From: an uncultured Phycisphaerales bacterium
Lineage (GTDB): Bacteria; Planctomycetota; Phycisphaerae; Tepidisphaerales; Tepidisphaeraceae
Length of the DNA stretch: 64,000 nt
Assembly: GCA_963758525.1 (NCBI GenBank)
Contig: CAVWVQ010000003.1
Coordinates: 2,752,001 to 2,816,000 of the forward strand
Direction of reading: 5' to 3'
In this document: positions 48,520 to 59,071 of the stretch, one piece after another
Layout: each line of letters opens with the position of its first letter
How positions within the stretch are numbered: position 1 is the stretch's first letter
Translations under genes and position numbers: made by a program
The notes under the pieces: generated by a model
What the model saw: only the letters and a program-made list of their open reading frames with translations
The model's database searches: none
What the model was told of the DNA's origin: nothing

Positions 48520-51500
48520 CTATCGAGCACCGGCGAGGTTTGCCGTCAGATGTTCCAGAACTACCCAAAGCCCAAATCCGCTGGAAGGAAGCAGAATCGC
48601 CGCGAGCCACGGGTACTGCGACAAGATCGAAAATGCTCCCCGGCGTTCCTCCTGCACCTCATTTGCCAATAGTTCAAATGTCTGCGCCAGAAGGATCACT
48701 ATCCTGTACGCAACTCAGCTTTCGCTCCTGCAGCTTTCTCAATGCCGTCTCCCGCGCCCTCTCCGCGCTCTGCGCAAAAGAATCGCGGCCAATAGCGCCA
48801 GCGCTACGTTACTTGCGAGAATGATCAGTAATCCCACCGGCCAGTCCCAGTTATCAAATAAGCTGATCCTCGAAATAATAATCAGGAAATAAATGATAAA
48901 AGGAAGGTAAATGACGTTGCCTACAACTTCGGTCCGCATTGCGATGAAGCGGATATCGAGATACTCCGCAAGCTCGGCCGGCGCGATGAGCTTCGTTTGA
49001 AGTTGGTCGTATGCACACGCGGGCCAATGAGTATCGCGTTTCAACAGAAGGTGGATGATCTTCGAGTTGAGATAACTGGCATCAACGACATAGAACGTGA
49101 AGGCAATTGATGAAAAGACGCTTAGCATGGTAATCCCCCGATCCCAGGCGGCAACGTCGTGGCCCCTGGCGGGAATTTGAGGGTCGCCGAACAGTTGAAT
49201 GAGTTGCCAGGCGGCATAGAAATAGAGCGCCGCTCCGAGAAGCACGCGAAGCAATCGAACTCGGTTGTCCGCGCACAGCCGTATTCCTTCCACACGTCCC
49301 ACGCATACACCTTCGCGGCATCGGAATGTGTGCCGAGCTCGGCCGGTGAACCGACTCGCTGACGAGCACAGTCGATTCCATAGACCTTCCACCTTTTGAA
49401 GTTCCTGTGCAGCGCCGCCAGAAAGGGCGCAGGGGATAGGCGCTTGCTGAGCCCGAACTTCTTGCAGATTTCGTCGTTGCTTTTTTTCAAATCGTAATTT
49501 GCCTTATAGATGAAGTGGAAACAGAGCATCGCTGCGAGCAACCGGAGCGCCTCCGTCGGCCAGATGCTAAGCCCCTCGATCCAGGCAAACGGCTCCTGAT
49601 AAAATTCGTATTTCACGATGAGAAAATGGACGGTGAGATAAACGACCGCCGTCGCGAAAACGAGGAAGACTGTCGTATAGCTCAGGAACCGCGGCACGTT
49701 GAGCTTCGCCGGCCGGACTCCGAAACAGACGGGTACAATAAACAACAGCGCCAGAGCAATGGATAGATTGCGAAACAAATTGCGGCGCCTTCCCCCTGGT
49801 CCCACCATGACTTTAAGTCTTGCCGCGGCGGTTGAATCTGTGATGGCCTGTCCTTCTCGCCGGAATACGGTCTAACCTCTCCTCCCTCCTCCGATTGGCT
49901 CGCGCGATCGACGCTCATATCGAACGCTTCGGTTCGCCCGATTTCATAAACCCGCGGCAGCCCGAGCTGCTGCCTCCATCCTCCTTTCTCCATTTGCGCC
50001 GGGTCCACCGCCGCGACGGTCGCCGCGAATCCAGCAGTTTGAAGCGAATCGCGAAATGGCGGAATATTCCCCTGATAATATCGATGCAACCGCAAGCCAA
50101 AGCCGGAGGCGACAAGCAGGTTGTGCGTTGTCCTCCATTCGGAAGGAAGGTTGTACCGGGCGTCCAGGTCGGTAGTGAAGTAGACGACGCCGCTGGAAAG
50201 CCGGTCGCGAACCGCGCAACACCAGCAGCTTGTCATACAGGTCAGTACCGAGGATTCCGACAGCGGCAAGATGATTCCCATCGCGCCGCAGATCGGCATC
50301 CCATTCCGCCAGTTGATCCGCCAAGCGGCGCAAATAGTCCGATTGAGCCAGCCCTTCCGGCGGCTCCGCGGCACCGCCCAATTTGAGGCTGGCTCGCTCC
50401 GTCTCTCGGGATTTTGCGGCATCAGAGGCTTTGCCGCTGTTACCGGTTCCTGCAATCTTCCCATCGATGCCGCGCAGATAAACAAATGCCCTGATCCAGC
50501 CGGAAAATTCTTTGCCTCCCCAGTCAGCGCCGCCACTCGCCGTCCTGTGGCGGCGGCAACGAAATTGAAAGAAAGTGCACGTCCGAAAACCGTATCCCAC
50601 TCCCCGATCAACGCAATATAACCGTGCGATTCTGCATCAATGGGAGGGATCTCGCCAGCTTGAGAAGCCGCGGGTTGCCCAATGCTCTCGTCGCAATACG
50701 AAAGGAACTTCCCGGCTGGAAGATCTACGTTGCGTCGGTACAATTCGGCTGCGAGTTCGTCGCAAATGTTCGAGTCGGTGAGGGTCGTCCGCACGAACCG
50801 GAATGGTTCGATGCGGTTGCCTCGAAAACCGCGGGATAGATAGGCGCTGACACTTTCGCGCGCCCTTCGCGGATTAAACGAGCACTTCTCGTCCAGAAAC
50901 AGGGCCTCATCCGAGGCGGTGGCCCACGGAGACATGATCTCGATACTGCCGCGTCGACCGAACGAATCGAACGGACCCGGACGCGACGAATCGGGATAGT
51001 CCTGAGCCTCAGCCTCCTCGACCATCGCGCGCAATGTCGTTGACACGCACGGACCGATGATCCTCACGTTTGCGTTGACCCCCCTGGGGATGACTGACTG
51101 AAGAAGCCATCCCAATCGCGTCATTGGAAAATCATAAAACACATTTTCGTTAACCCAGAGAACCAGGACCTTCTTGTACGCTGTATCGCCCTTGGTTTGT
51201 CGGGCAATTGGAACTCCGGCCATCGGCACGCCGGGCGCTTCGCACCACTCGTAAGGAATCACCAGATTTAGGATCAGATCGCCCGCCCAAGTGTGGTCGG
51301 GAAGCTGGGGGCGCGGCAACTCGGTCATGCGGGTTGAAGGCCATCCCATGGTGAAATAGCCCAGATGAACGGTATCGTCGGGTTTATACCCGCGAATTCC
51401 CAACGCCTCCAAGACCGCTACGCGGGTGCGAATTCTCCGCTCGGCTATTTCGGGGTATGCGTCCCCCTGCACCATCACGGGAAGTATCAGGGTCGACTCG

Positions 51501-51979
51501 CCCCTGACCTGTGCGGTGTCGATGATCTGATCCTGTATCTCCCGAAGCGAATGACGCGGAGGCGGAATCAGCTTGGCCAGCGGTATGCTGCCGGGCTCCC
51601 GAGGGCTTTTCGTCAAACCGTCGGCTGCTGATTGGGTCCCCATATGCGGACACGCCGATTCGGTGGAAAGCGCGTCTCCCTGGTAATGGCCAAGTTGCAC
51701 CTTGCCATTGAACAGCGATTTGCTGCCGGTGCTGATGTCGATGGATGTGGTCTCGGTCCACGACGTCGGCGGGTGGTATTCGCTGGAGACGGCCTCAAGT
51801 GGATCTTGCCAAAGCCTCGCGTCCACGTCCTCGTCACCAATTGTCTGACTATTCGTTGCGGTAAAATCGGGGCGATCCGTCGTGAGCGGATGGTAATACA
51901 GAGATGCGCTTCCCACCGCCAGAAACAGCGCCATTAACGTTGGCCACGGAATAGAGCTGGCCCCTTTTTGTTCAGCCAT
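48520..51979 (-). pseudogene. Large uncharacterised membrane protein broken by about six frameshifts
   Basis: Continuous protein-like sequence across frames: DARLWQDP, EWDTVFGR, YLRGIDG, QSDYLRRL, GTDLYDKLL, FTTDLDAR, PPFRD, then TM segments to a TAG at 48520. Breaks may be sequencing errors. Confidence 0.65.
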
Positions 51980-52099
51980 TGCGCACCCTAAGGGGTGTCT
52001 CTACCCGATCGATCTTCCGCCTGTAAAGAAATCCGTGCGCCCGCGACAATTATTTGCCATCGCCATAATTGGCGTGTCAAGCCTTATTCGCTGCTGCGG

Positions 52100-52580
52100 C
52101 TCAAATGGTGGAACCCCGCGGCTTGATCAGCCTCGGATCGAACTGATGCCGAAATTCTTTTCCAATTGGATGTTGCCAAAGTCCGGATGCAACACGTTCA
52201 GGAGGAAATTGCTCTCGCCTTGAATGATCGCACTCGGCACCTCAAGAACGGCTGACACACCCGACGCCACCCAATCCGTCCCGATCTTCTGCACGGCAGC
52301 GGGGATTGGATTGGCACGCCAGTTTCGAGGCAGGTCTGTCAAGCGAACTCCCTGACCAATCCGTCGTCAAAAGTGACCGACCGCACCGCGTAAGCGCCCA
52401 TGATCTCCGACGACTGGAGATGAACGAGCATCTCAAGCGACGCAAGCGAGACGGTTGCCGATGTGTAAACTACGGCGACGCCCTTGCTGTTGAATCTGCC
52501 GCCGTGGAGCCGCGCTCCTTCGCCCGAAAAGGCAGTGGACGAATGCTTGCGCTATAGATGCGCCAAGCAGTGATCGTCAC
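52100..52580 (-). pseudogene. RES-domain toxin (MbcT/ParT-like) with three apparent frameshifts
   Basis: GTGA-coupled start; across frames AWRI, AFSGEGARLHGGRFNSKG..VVYTS..SLA.LE.LVH, IGTDW...VLEVPSAII..E.NFLLNVLHPDF, FDPRL. Confidence 0.85.
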
Positions 52581-53338
52581 GTAAAGATTCCATGTTCGAG
52601 ACGGCCGATCAGGTCCTCAACCTCGCGTGCACCGATGTCGGTTTGAGCGAAATCGAGAGGTTTCTGCCCAGCAAGCGCGGGCTGCGGCGTCTGCAGCCAT
52701 TCGATCGCGGCCCTTCGGTCACCCTCAAAGAGCCCCACCGCCTTGTCAACGACTCTTGCGGCCCGAATCAGGCGGTCGCGATCGTCCCGCTGCAGAACTT
52801 CGATATATTCCGGCGGCACGTGCTCGGTCAGCCAGACGCCATTGGCGCTGACGAAAAAGGGGACGCCGTCGCGATGCATCTGGCCGGACGACACTTTCAG
52901 CAGGATCGGATCTCCCCGCCGTTCACCAACCTTCATTGCCGTCGGCACGTCAACGCTCAAATGCACGTGATGCCGCTTGCCCTTGATTAGTCCAGCCTTG
53001 CGGATCGAATTGAGGAATCGATCGACCGTCCCGTGATAGAGCGTCTCCGGTGGAACCGCCGGCTCGTACCCGAGTTCCACGGCAACGCTGTGTCCCTGGC
53101 TGGCGCGAATCTTCTGGCGATCCTCGCTGAACGCGAAGCGTTTCTTGTCGCAGGTGTCGACAACTTCGTTGAGCTCTGCTTCCGACACGGGAAACTTCGA
53201 TCTCCCCATCGCGTCGAGCAATTCACGGACGCTCACCCAGCCGGCTTCATCGAGCGTGATGCCAATTTCCTGCGGCTTGTGCCGGAGCACCAGGCTCAAA
53301 AACTTGCTGATTCTTGTGATTCGCTGCGTTTGCATCAT
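52577..53338 (-). CDS. kptA: RNA 2'-phosphotransferase KptA/Tpt1 fused to an Xre/MbcA/ParS antitoxin C-terminal domain
   Basis: SKFLSLVLRH, KKRF, IRASQGHS, YHGT, RHHVHLS, NGVWLT, then in frame DRLIRAARV...LFEGD...WLQTPQPALAGQKPLD...GAREVEDLIGRLEHGIF. Confidence 0.9.
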   Translation of the reverse strand: MMQTQRITRISKFLSLVLRHKPQEIGITLDEAGWVSVRELLDAMGRSKFPVSEAELNEVVDTCDKKRFAFSEDRQKIRASQGHSVAVELGYEPAVPPETLYHGTVDRFLNSIRKAGLIKGKRHHVHLSVDVPTAMKVGERRGDPILLKVSSGQMHRDGVPFFVSANGVWLTEHVPPEYIEVLQRDDRDRLIRAARVVDKAVGLFEGDRRAAIEWLQTPQPALAGQKPLDFAQTDIGAREVEDLIGRLEHGIFT

Positions 53339-53390
53339 CGCACCATTCAACTGTCCATGTGGCCATTCCCTTGGAAATGGGGTCGACGAT

Positions 53391-53460
53391 GTAGGGCGGG
53401 ATTCATCCCGCCGTGCCTTCTGCAGAATCACCGGCTACGGCGGGATGAATCCCGCCCTAC
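53391..53460. repeat. GTAG-family REP doublet, family B
   Basis: GTAGGGCGGGATTCATCCCGCCGT...ACGGCGGGATGAATCCCGCCCTAC between pncA and kptA. Confidence 0.9.
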
Positions 53461-53479
53461 AGGAAGCCGGCCCGCGCGT

Positions 53480-54088
53480 TCAGATGGAATGCACCACCAG
53501 CGTCACTCCCGCCGACTTCATTTCGTCCAACGCGGCGTTCACGTCGCCCGGCTTCAACTCGACGCCCCTGCATCCGTCCGCGATCAGCCAAACCCGGAAC
53601 CCGGCCGAGACCGAGTCCAGTGCGGTAAACTTCACGCAATAGTCCGTCGCCAGGCCCATCACGTACACGTCCGACACGTTCCTCGCCTTGAGAAATTCGC
53701 CAAGTCCGGTCGACCTGCGGTGACCGTTGTCAAACAGGCCGCTGTAGCTGTCGATGCGCGAATCAGTTCCTTTGCGAAACACGCGATCGATACGGGCCAC
53801 ATTCAGATCGGCACTGAACGCCGCGCCGCGAGTGTCCTGAACGCAATGCACCGGCCAGAGCACTTGGGGAATGCCGTCGAGATCGATCACTTGTCCGATG
53901 TGCGTTCCGGGATGATTGGCCGCGAAGCTTGCGTGGTCGGGCGGATGCCAATCCTGCGTGGCGACCACCAGATCAAATCGATCCATCACTAAATTCGCAA
54001 TGGGGACGACCTCATCTCCGCCGGGAACCGCCAGAGCGCCGCCGGGGAGAAAATCATTCTGAAGATCGACAAGAATAAGTGCCTTCAT
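53480..54088 (-). CDS. pncA: Nicotinamidase/pyrazinamidase
   Basis: VDLQNDF.PGGALAV, TQDWHP..H, WPVHCVQ, KG, GLATDYCV. Confidence 0.95.
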   Translation of the reverse strand: MKALILVDLQNDFLPGGALAVPGGDEVVPIANLVMDRFDLVVATQDWHPPDHASFAANHPGTHIGQVIDLDGIPQVLWPVHCVQDTRGAAFSADLNVARIDRVFRKGTDSRIDSYSGLFDNGHRRSTGLGEFLKARNVSDVYVMGLATDYCVKFTALDSVSAGFRVWLIADGCRGVELKPGDVNAALDEMKSAGVTLVVHSI

Positions 54089-54133
54089 TCAAAGGTCTCA
54101 TATTTCGAAGCTGATCTTTTCTTGCTCGCTTTA

Positions 54134-54187
54134 TTGTGGTGCAGGCTTTCAGCCTTCTCAGATAGCAGGCTGAAGTTTGCACCACAA
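54134..54187. repeat. Degenerate family A palindrome
   Basis: TTGTGGTGCAGGCTTTCAGCC...GGCTGAAGTTTGCACCACAA between pncB and pncA. Confidence 0.8.
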
Positions 54188-54196
54188 TGAGATTCC

Positions 54197-55678
54197 TCAG
54201 TGTTCGTCACCCTGATGCCGGGCGGCGACCAGCATCTCATTTCGCAGACGATTGAGCGATGCCTCCAGTCCGGCGGGATATCCGTGCGGATTGAGCAAGC
54301 GCGTCACCGTCGGATGCAGCGCGTTGATCTGCTCCCTGGCCCGTTGCCGCACCGCGTGAATCGACGGAATGTCATAAACGCACTTTCCGTTCCGCATCAC
54401 TGGTACGAGAAGGTCCTCCCACTGCGCATCGGCGCCGATGGTTTTCCAACGCGTCTCGTCGTTCGGATCGACCAGTTTTGGCGCCGCGCCGATGCCCTGC
54501 GGTTCGTCGTAGATCATGTCGGCCACGAATTGGCCGCCGTTGCTGTACCGGCGCACCTGCAGAATCCCAGGGTAGGAAGCCTTGGCGCGCTGTTCCGACG
54601 CCTTGATCTTGTACTGCCAAGGCGCGTCGGCCGAATCGCGGATGGCCGAAAGCTTGTAGACCCCGCCCAGCGCCGGCTGATCGAACGCCGTCGCCAGACG
54701 TGTTCCCACGCCCCACACGGAAATCTTCGCCCCCTGCTGTTTGAGCGACTCGATCAGATACTCATCCAGATCGTTGCTGGCGACGATCGCGGCGTCGTGC
54801 AGACCGGCATCGTCGAGAATCTTGCGCGCCTCGATACTCAGATAAGCAAGGTCGCCGCTGTCGAGCCGGATACCCGCCATGCGATGCCCGGCGGCCGCAA
54901 GCCGGCGCCCAACCTCGGCGGCGTGACGCACGCCCTGGAGCGTGTCATACGTGTCCACCAGGAAAACGCAGTTGTTCGGCATGACCCTGGCGTAAGCCGC
55001 GAATGATTCCAGCTCGTGATCGAAGCTCATCACCCAGCTATGGGCGTGAGTGCCGCGCACGGGAATGCCAAACAGTTTCCCCGCCAGCACGTTGCTCGTC
55101 GCTGCGCAGCCGCCGACGTACGCCGCCCGGCAGGCGGTGAGACTTCCGTCGATTCCCTGCGATCGGCGCAGGCCAAACTCGATCACTGGATCATCGCCCG
55201 CCGCCCTGCAGATTCGCGCCGATTTGCTCGCGACCAGGGTCGCAAAGTTGATGAGATTCAGCAGCGGCGTTTCCAGAAGCTGACACTGAAGGATCGGCCC
55301 GCGCACGCGGATCAGCGGCTCGCCCGGGAACACAGCCGTTCCTTCCGGGATCGCGTCGATGTCGCAGCTCCAGCGAAGCTCGCGCAGCGCGTCGAGAAAC
55401 CCATCTTCAAACAATCCCCGCTCGTCGTTTCCCTTCAGACTGGCGAGATAATGAAGGTCATCCTCCGCGAAGCGAAACGCCTCGAGAAACTCCACGACCG
55501 ATTCCAGGCCGCAGGCGACCGTGTACCCGCCCTTGAACGGATTGCTGCGGAAGTACAGATGAAACACCGCCTCCTGCGCGGTTTTGCCGAGCTTCCAATA
55601 CCCATGCGCCATCGTAAGCTGATACAGATCGGTCAGCAGGGCCAGCGAATTTTTGCAGGTGCTGCCTAGGGCGTTCAT
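54197..55678 (-). CDS. pncB: Nicotinate phosphoribosyltransferase
   Basis: [57 protein letters not shown]. Confidence 0.96.
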   Translation of the reverse strand: MNALGSTCKNSLALLTDLYQLTMAHGYWKLGKTAQEAVFHLYFRSNPFKGGYTVACGLESVVEFLEAFRFAEDDLHYLASLKGNDERGLFEDGFLDALRELRWSCDIDAIPEGTAVFPGEPLIRVRGPILQCQLLETPLLNLINFATLVASKSARICRAAGDDPVIEFGLRRSQGIDGSLTACRAAYVGGCAATSNVLAGKLFGIPVRGTHAHSWVMSFDHELESFAAYARVMPNNCVFLVDTYDTLQGVRHAAEVGRRLAAAGHRMAGIRLDSGDLAYLSIEARKILDDAGLHDAAIVASNDLDEYLIESLKQQGAKISVWGVGTRLATAFDQPALGGVYKLSAIRDSADAPWQYKIKASEQRAKASYPGILQVRRYSNGGQFVADMIYDEPQGIGAAPKLVDPNDETRWKTIGADAQWEDLLVPVMRNGKCVYDIPSIHAVRQRAREQINALHPTVTRLLNPHGYPAGLEASLNRLRNEMLVAARHQGDEH

Positions 55679-55929
55679 GAAATACCCACGGCGCTGGCGG
55701 GTCTGGCTGCATCCGGCGGATGCTCGCCGGCAACGCGCAGGACCCTCCGCAAGTTAACCACGCCAACACGATTCAGTTGCAGTTTATCGACTGCGCTTTT
55801 TGGAATAATGTGCTCGACCGAGAATGGGTCGGGGGAGAAACGGGCTTGACTGACACAGTACTCGCAACAGGCGTGCGCGCGCTCGGTCAGCCATTGCCGT
55901 TGGGCTGTCGTGAGCTTTGGCTCAGGCAT
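55675..55929 (-). pseudogene. HNH endonuclease remnant with in-frame internal deletion
   Basis: RAHACCEYC...FSVEHIIPKS joined directly to AVDKLQLNR; the N.A..C..CN core is absent. Confidence 0.75.
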
Positions 55930-56308
55930 CAGACCCGGGGCTAATTCCCAGTTGCTGCATCAGTGCATTCAGAGGAACCCGGCAAAGCCGGGCCAATTCG
56001 GCGACGTACCCCATGCGTCGAGCATTAGCTTGTTCGATCTCATTTGAAAGCTCGATCAGCGATCGATGCTCCTCGGGCGACAACGTCTCCGCGCGTCGCT
56101 TCTCCACGAGAGCGTGATATTGCTGCCAAGTCGCCGATGAAATACCAAGATTGATCTGCTGCAACAACTCGACTTCAGTGCCCGGGGGATCACCCAGCAC
56201 ACGCTTCAGTGCTTCGGCAATGTACGTGGCGGCATCGACGCCCTGTTTGGCTGCTTGATGCCGCAATCCGGCCTCGAGGACCGGATCTAATTCGATCGTT
56301 ACACTCAT
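55922..56308 (-). CDS. Antitoxin-like hypothetical protein paired with the HNH gene
   Basis: RHH-like N-terminus (MSVTIELDP.LEA.LR..A...G), then ELLQQIN...Y..L..KRRAETLS.EEH..L; overlaps the HNH start. Confidence 0.7.
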   Translation of the reverse strand: MSVTIELDPVLEAGLRHQAAKQGVDAATYIAEALKRVLGDPPGTEVELLQQINLGISSATWQQYHALVEKRRAETLSPEEHRSLIELSNEIEQANARRMGYVAELARLCRVPLNALMQQLGISPGSDA

Positions 56309-56424
56309 GCGTTGCCTGCATCATATCCTACACATCGCTGGCACACGCTTCCAGAGGGTTCATTCGTGGATTCGTGAAGCTGCGTCCCGTTTTCACTTCC
56401 CAAGGAAATCCGCCTGTTGCCTGC

Positions 56425-56600
56425 CTTGACCAGGCGGCAGGGTCCATGGGCATTACCCAATCCGTGTTGTCACGGCTCGAAGCGCAGCACGACATGTACG
56501 TCGGCACGCTTCAACGCATCGTCAAATCGCTGCGAGGCCGGCTGCAAATCATCGCCGACATGCCAAATGGCCAACGTGTCTCCGTCGGCCAGTCCCCCGA
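56425..56600 (+). pseudogene. XRE/HigA-type HTH regulator remnant
   Basis: AAGSMGITQSVLSRLEAQHDMYVGTLQRIVKSLRGRLQIIADMPNG in the frame of ORF 56209..56751; N-terminus missing. Confidence 0.7.
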
Positions 56601-57015
56601 ACCGCATGCTTGCCAAACGGATTCAGGCTGCACCAAGCGGTGGCGAGCGATGAACGCGCCACCGTGTCCCTGCGACTTCAATACCCTACGGATCGCAATC
56701 CGTAGGCTTGTGCATCAAAGAGTGGGATGGGCTCAGTCGCGTTCCCATTGACGTTACCCCTCTGTTCCAGGAAAGCCAACGGATTGCCATCCGTTGGTCT
56801 CACCCGCTTCGAGAATATCGCTGAGGAGCATCAGCTCTGCCCGCCCCTGGTGTGGTACAAGGGGAGGCAGGCAATCAACCCCGGTTCTTTGGGCATGTCC
56901 CGAATTGGACAAGGACCGCGGCTCGGCCTTGTGTTCAGTTCCCGCACTCTTGATAATTTCTGCTCGCGGCGGCGGCTGCGTTTTGACTTTGTCACTTCCG
57001 GAGGAGGAAACGATC

Positions 57016-58968
57016 GTGCCATTCACATCGCGTCACGACGCGGCGGAAGACGAACTGACGCTCCTCCGCACGCTCGCCGGGCAGTTTCCCAACGTCGACT
57101 GGGCGATGGCCGAGATCGCGCGACTCTCGGCGGTTCTCACGCTCCCCAAGGGAACGATTCACGTCATCAGTGACATTCACGGCGAAGACAAAAAACTCCG
57201 CCATGTCATTAACAACGCCTCGGGCACGTTGCGCCCGTTGGTGGAACGGCTCTTTGCCGATCGGATGAGCCCGAAGGAATTTCAGGAGTTTCTCACGCTC
57301 ACGTTTTACCCGGCGGAGATTGCCGAAAGGATGGAGCAGACGGCGATGGACCCGCGCGAGCTGCGGGAATTTGCGATTCGCACCATGCGGCATCAGTTCG
57401 AGCTGGTGCGGGTTCTCTCGACGCGATACAGCCTGCGCCGCGCGATGGCGGTGTTTCCCGCCGAGTATCAGGAGCTGCTCGCCGAGATGCTGCACGAGCC
57501 GACCACGGAACGCGACAAGGAATTCATCGAGGCGGTCGTCGACGAGCTGCAGCAACGCGGGCGAGTCCTCCACCTCATTCACATCGCCGGGCGATTGGTC
57601 CGGAATCTGGCGATTTACGAACTCATCATCGGCGGCGACTGCTGGGACCGCGGCCCGCGCGGCGATCGCGTCGTCGATTACCTTCGCCAGCAGCCCAACG
57701 TCTCGTTCATCTGGGGCAATCACGACATGGCCTGGCTTGGCGCGGCGCTCGGCCACGAGGCGCTGATCTGCTGCGTCCTGCGCGTCTCGCTGCGCTATCG
57801 CCGGATCGGGCAGCTTGATGAGGGATACAGCATCCCGCTCACGCCGCTGGAGTATCTCGCCAACACCGTATACGCAGACGATCCCGCCATTCACTTCAAG
57901 CCTAAGTCATCCGGCATGCGGCCCGACGTTCTGGTCGCCCGCATGCAAAAGGCCGCGGCGATCATGCAGGCGAAGTTCGAGGGGCAGATGATCGGCCGCA
58001 ATCCCCATTGGGAGATGGACCACCGCCGTCTCCTGCACCGCATCAATCACCTTGCCGGCACGATCGAGGTGGACGGCGCTGCGTATGCGTTGCGCGACAC
58101 GCATCTGCCGACGGTCGATCCCAAAAACCCATACGAGTTGTCCTCCGAGGAGAAAACGTGCATTCGCCGGCTGCGCGACTCCTTCACCGCCAGCCAGAAG
58201 CTCGGCGAGCACATGCAGTTCATGGTCAACCGCGGCTCGATGTTCCTCCGCCGCGACCAGAATCTCATCTTTCACGGCTGCGTCCCCTGCGACGAAAAAG
58301 GGGAGTTTCTTCCGATGCATATCGACGGCCAGCCACTCGCCGGTCGCGCGATGTTCGACACGATCGAGAAAGTGGTGCTCCGCGCGATCGAGCGCCGGGC
58401 CGAGGGCGACCTCGATCTGCTCTGGTATCTCTGGAGCGGCCCGCGGTCGCCGCTGTTCGGCAAAGACCGCATCGCCACCCTCGAGCGCGATTTCATCGCC
58501 GACAAGAAGCCGCATCACGAAACGAAGGACCCATACTTCACGCTGATTCACGAGCGCTGGTTCTGCGAGAAGGTGCTGACGGAATTTGGCGTTGATCCGC
58601 AGGAAGGCCTCATCGTCAATGGCCACGTCCCGGTGAAGATCGAAGCCGGGGAGAGCCCGCTGAAGCGCAGCGGCAAGGCCATCACCATCGACGGCGCGTT
58701 TTCCGAAGCCTACGGAGACATCGGCTACACGCTCGTTCTGGAAGCCGACCGCACGCTGCTCGCCACGCATCATCACTTCGAATCCGTCGAAGCCGCTCTT
58801 CGCGACGGGGTCGACATCGTGCCCAGCGTTTCCATCATCCGCATGTGGCCCAGCCCGCGCCGCATGGCCGACACCGAGCGCGGCAAGGAATTCCGCAGCC
58901 GGATCGCGATGCTCCAACGGCTCATCGAAGCCTACAGGAACAACGATATCCGCCAGCAGAAAGCCTGA
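57016..58968 (+). CDS. fbp: Fructose-1,6-bisphosphatase class 3
   Basis: LPKGTIHVISDIHGE, GDCWDRG, WGNHD, FHGC, WYLW.G..SPLFGKD, NGHVPVK, IDGAFSEAY; GAGGAGG RBS then GTG. Confidence 0.92.
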   Translation: MPFTSRHDAAEDELTLLRTLAGQFPNVDWAMAEIARLSAVLTLPKGTIHVISDIHGEDKKLRHVINNASGTLRPLVERLFADRMSPKEFQEFLTLTFYPAEIAERMEQTAMDPRELREFAIRTMRHQFELVRVLSTRYSLRRAMAVFPAEYQELLAEMLHEPTTERDKEFIEAVVDELQQRGRVLHLIHIAGRLVRNLAIYELIIGGDCWDRGPRGDRVVDYLRQQPNVSFIWGNHDMAWLGAALGHEALICCVLRVSLRYRRIGQLDEGYSIPLTPLEYLANTVYADDPAIHFKPKSSGMRPDVLVARMQKAAAIMQAKFEGQMIGRNPHWEMDHRRLLHRINHLAGTIEVDGAAYALRDTHLPTVDPKNPYELSSEEKTCIRRLRDSFTASQKLGEHMQFMVNRGSMFLRRDQNLIFHGCVPCDEKGEFLPMHIDGQPLAGRAMFDTIEKVVLRAIERRAEGDLDLLWYLWSGPRSPLFGKDRIATLERDFIADKKPHHETKDPYFTLIHERWFCEKVLTEFGVDPQEGLIVNGHVPVKIEAGESPLKRSGKAITIDGAFSEAYGDIGYTLVLEADRTLLATHHHFESVEAALRDGVDIVPSVSIIRMWPSPRRMADTERGKEFRSRIAMLQRLIEAYRNNDIRQQKA

Positions 58969-59071
58969 AGCTGGCTGCTCGCGCGGCTTGCTTCCCCTGG
59001 AAAAACGCGCAGGTTCGTCGGCTGAACGGGAATTGTTGCGAGGCTGTTTGGACGTTCGATTATTGCCGCAG

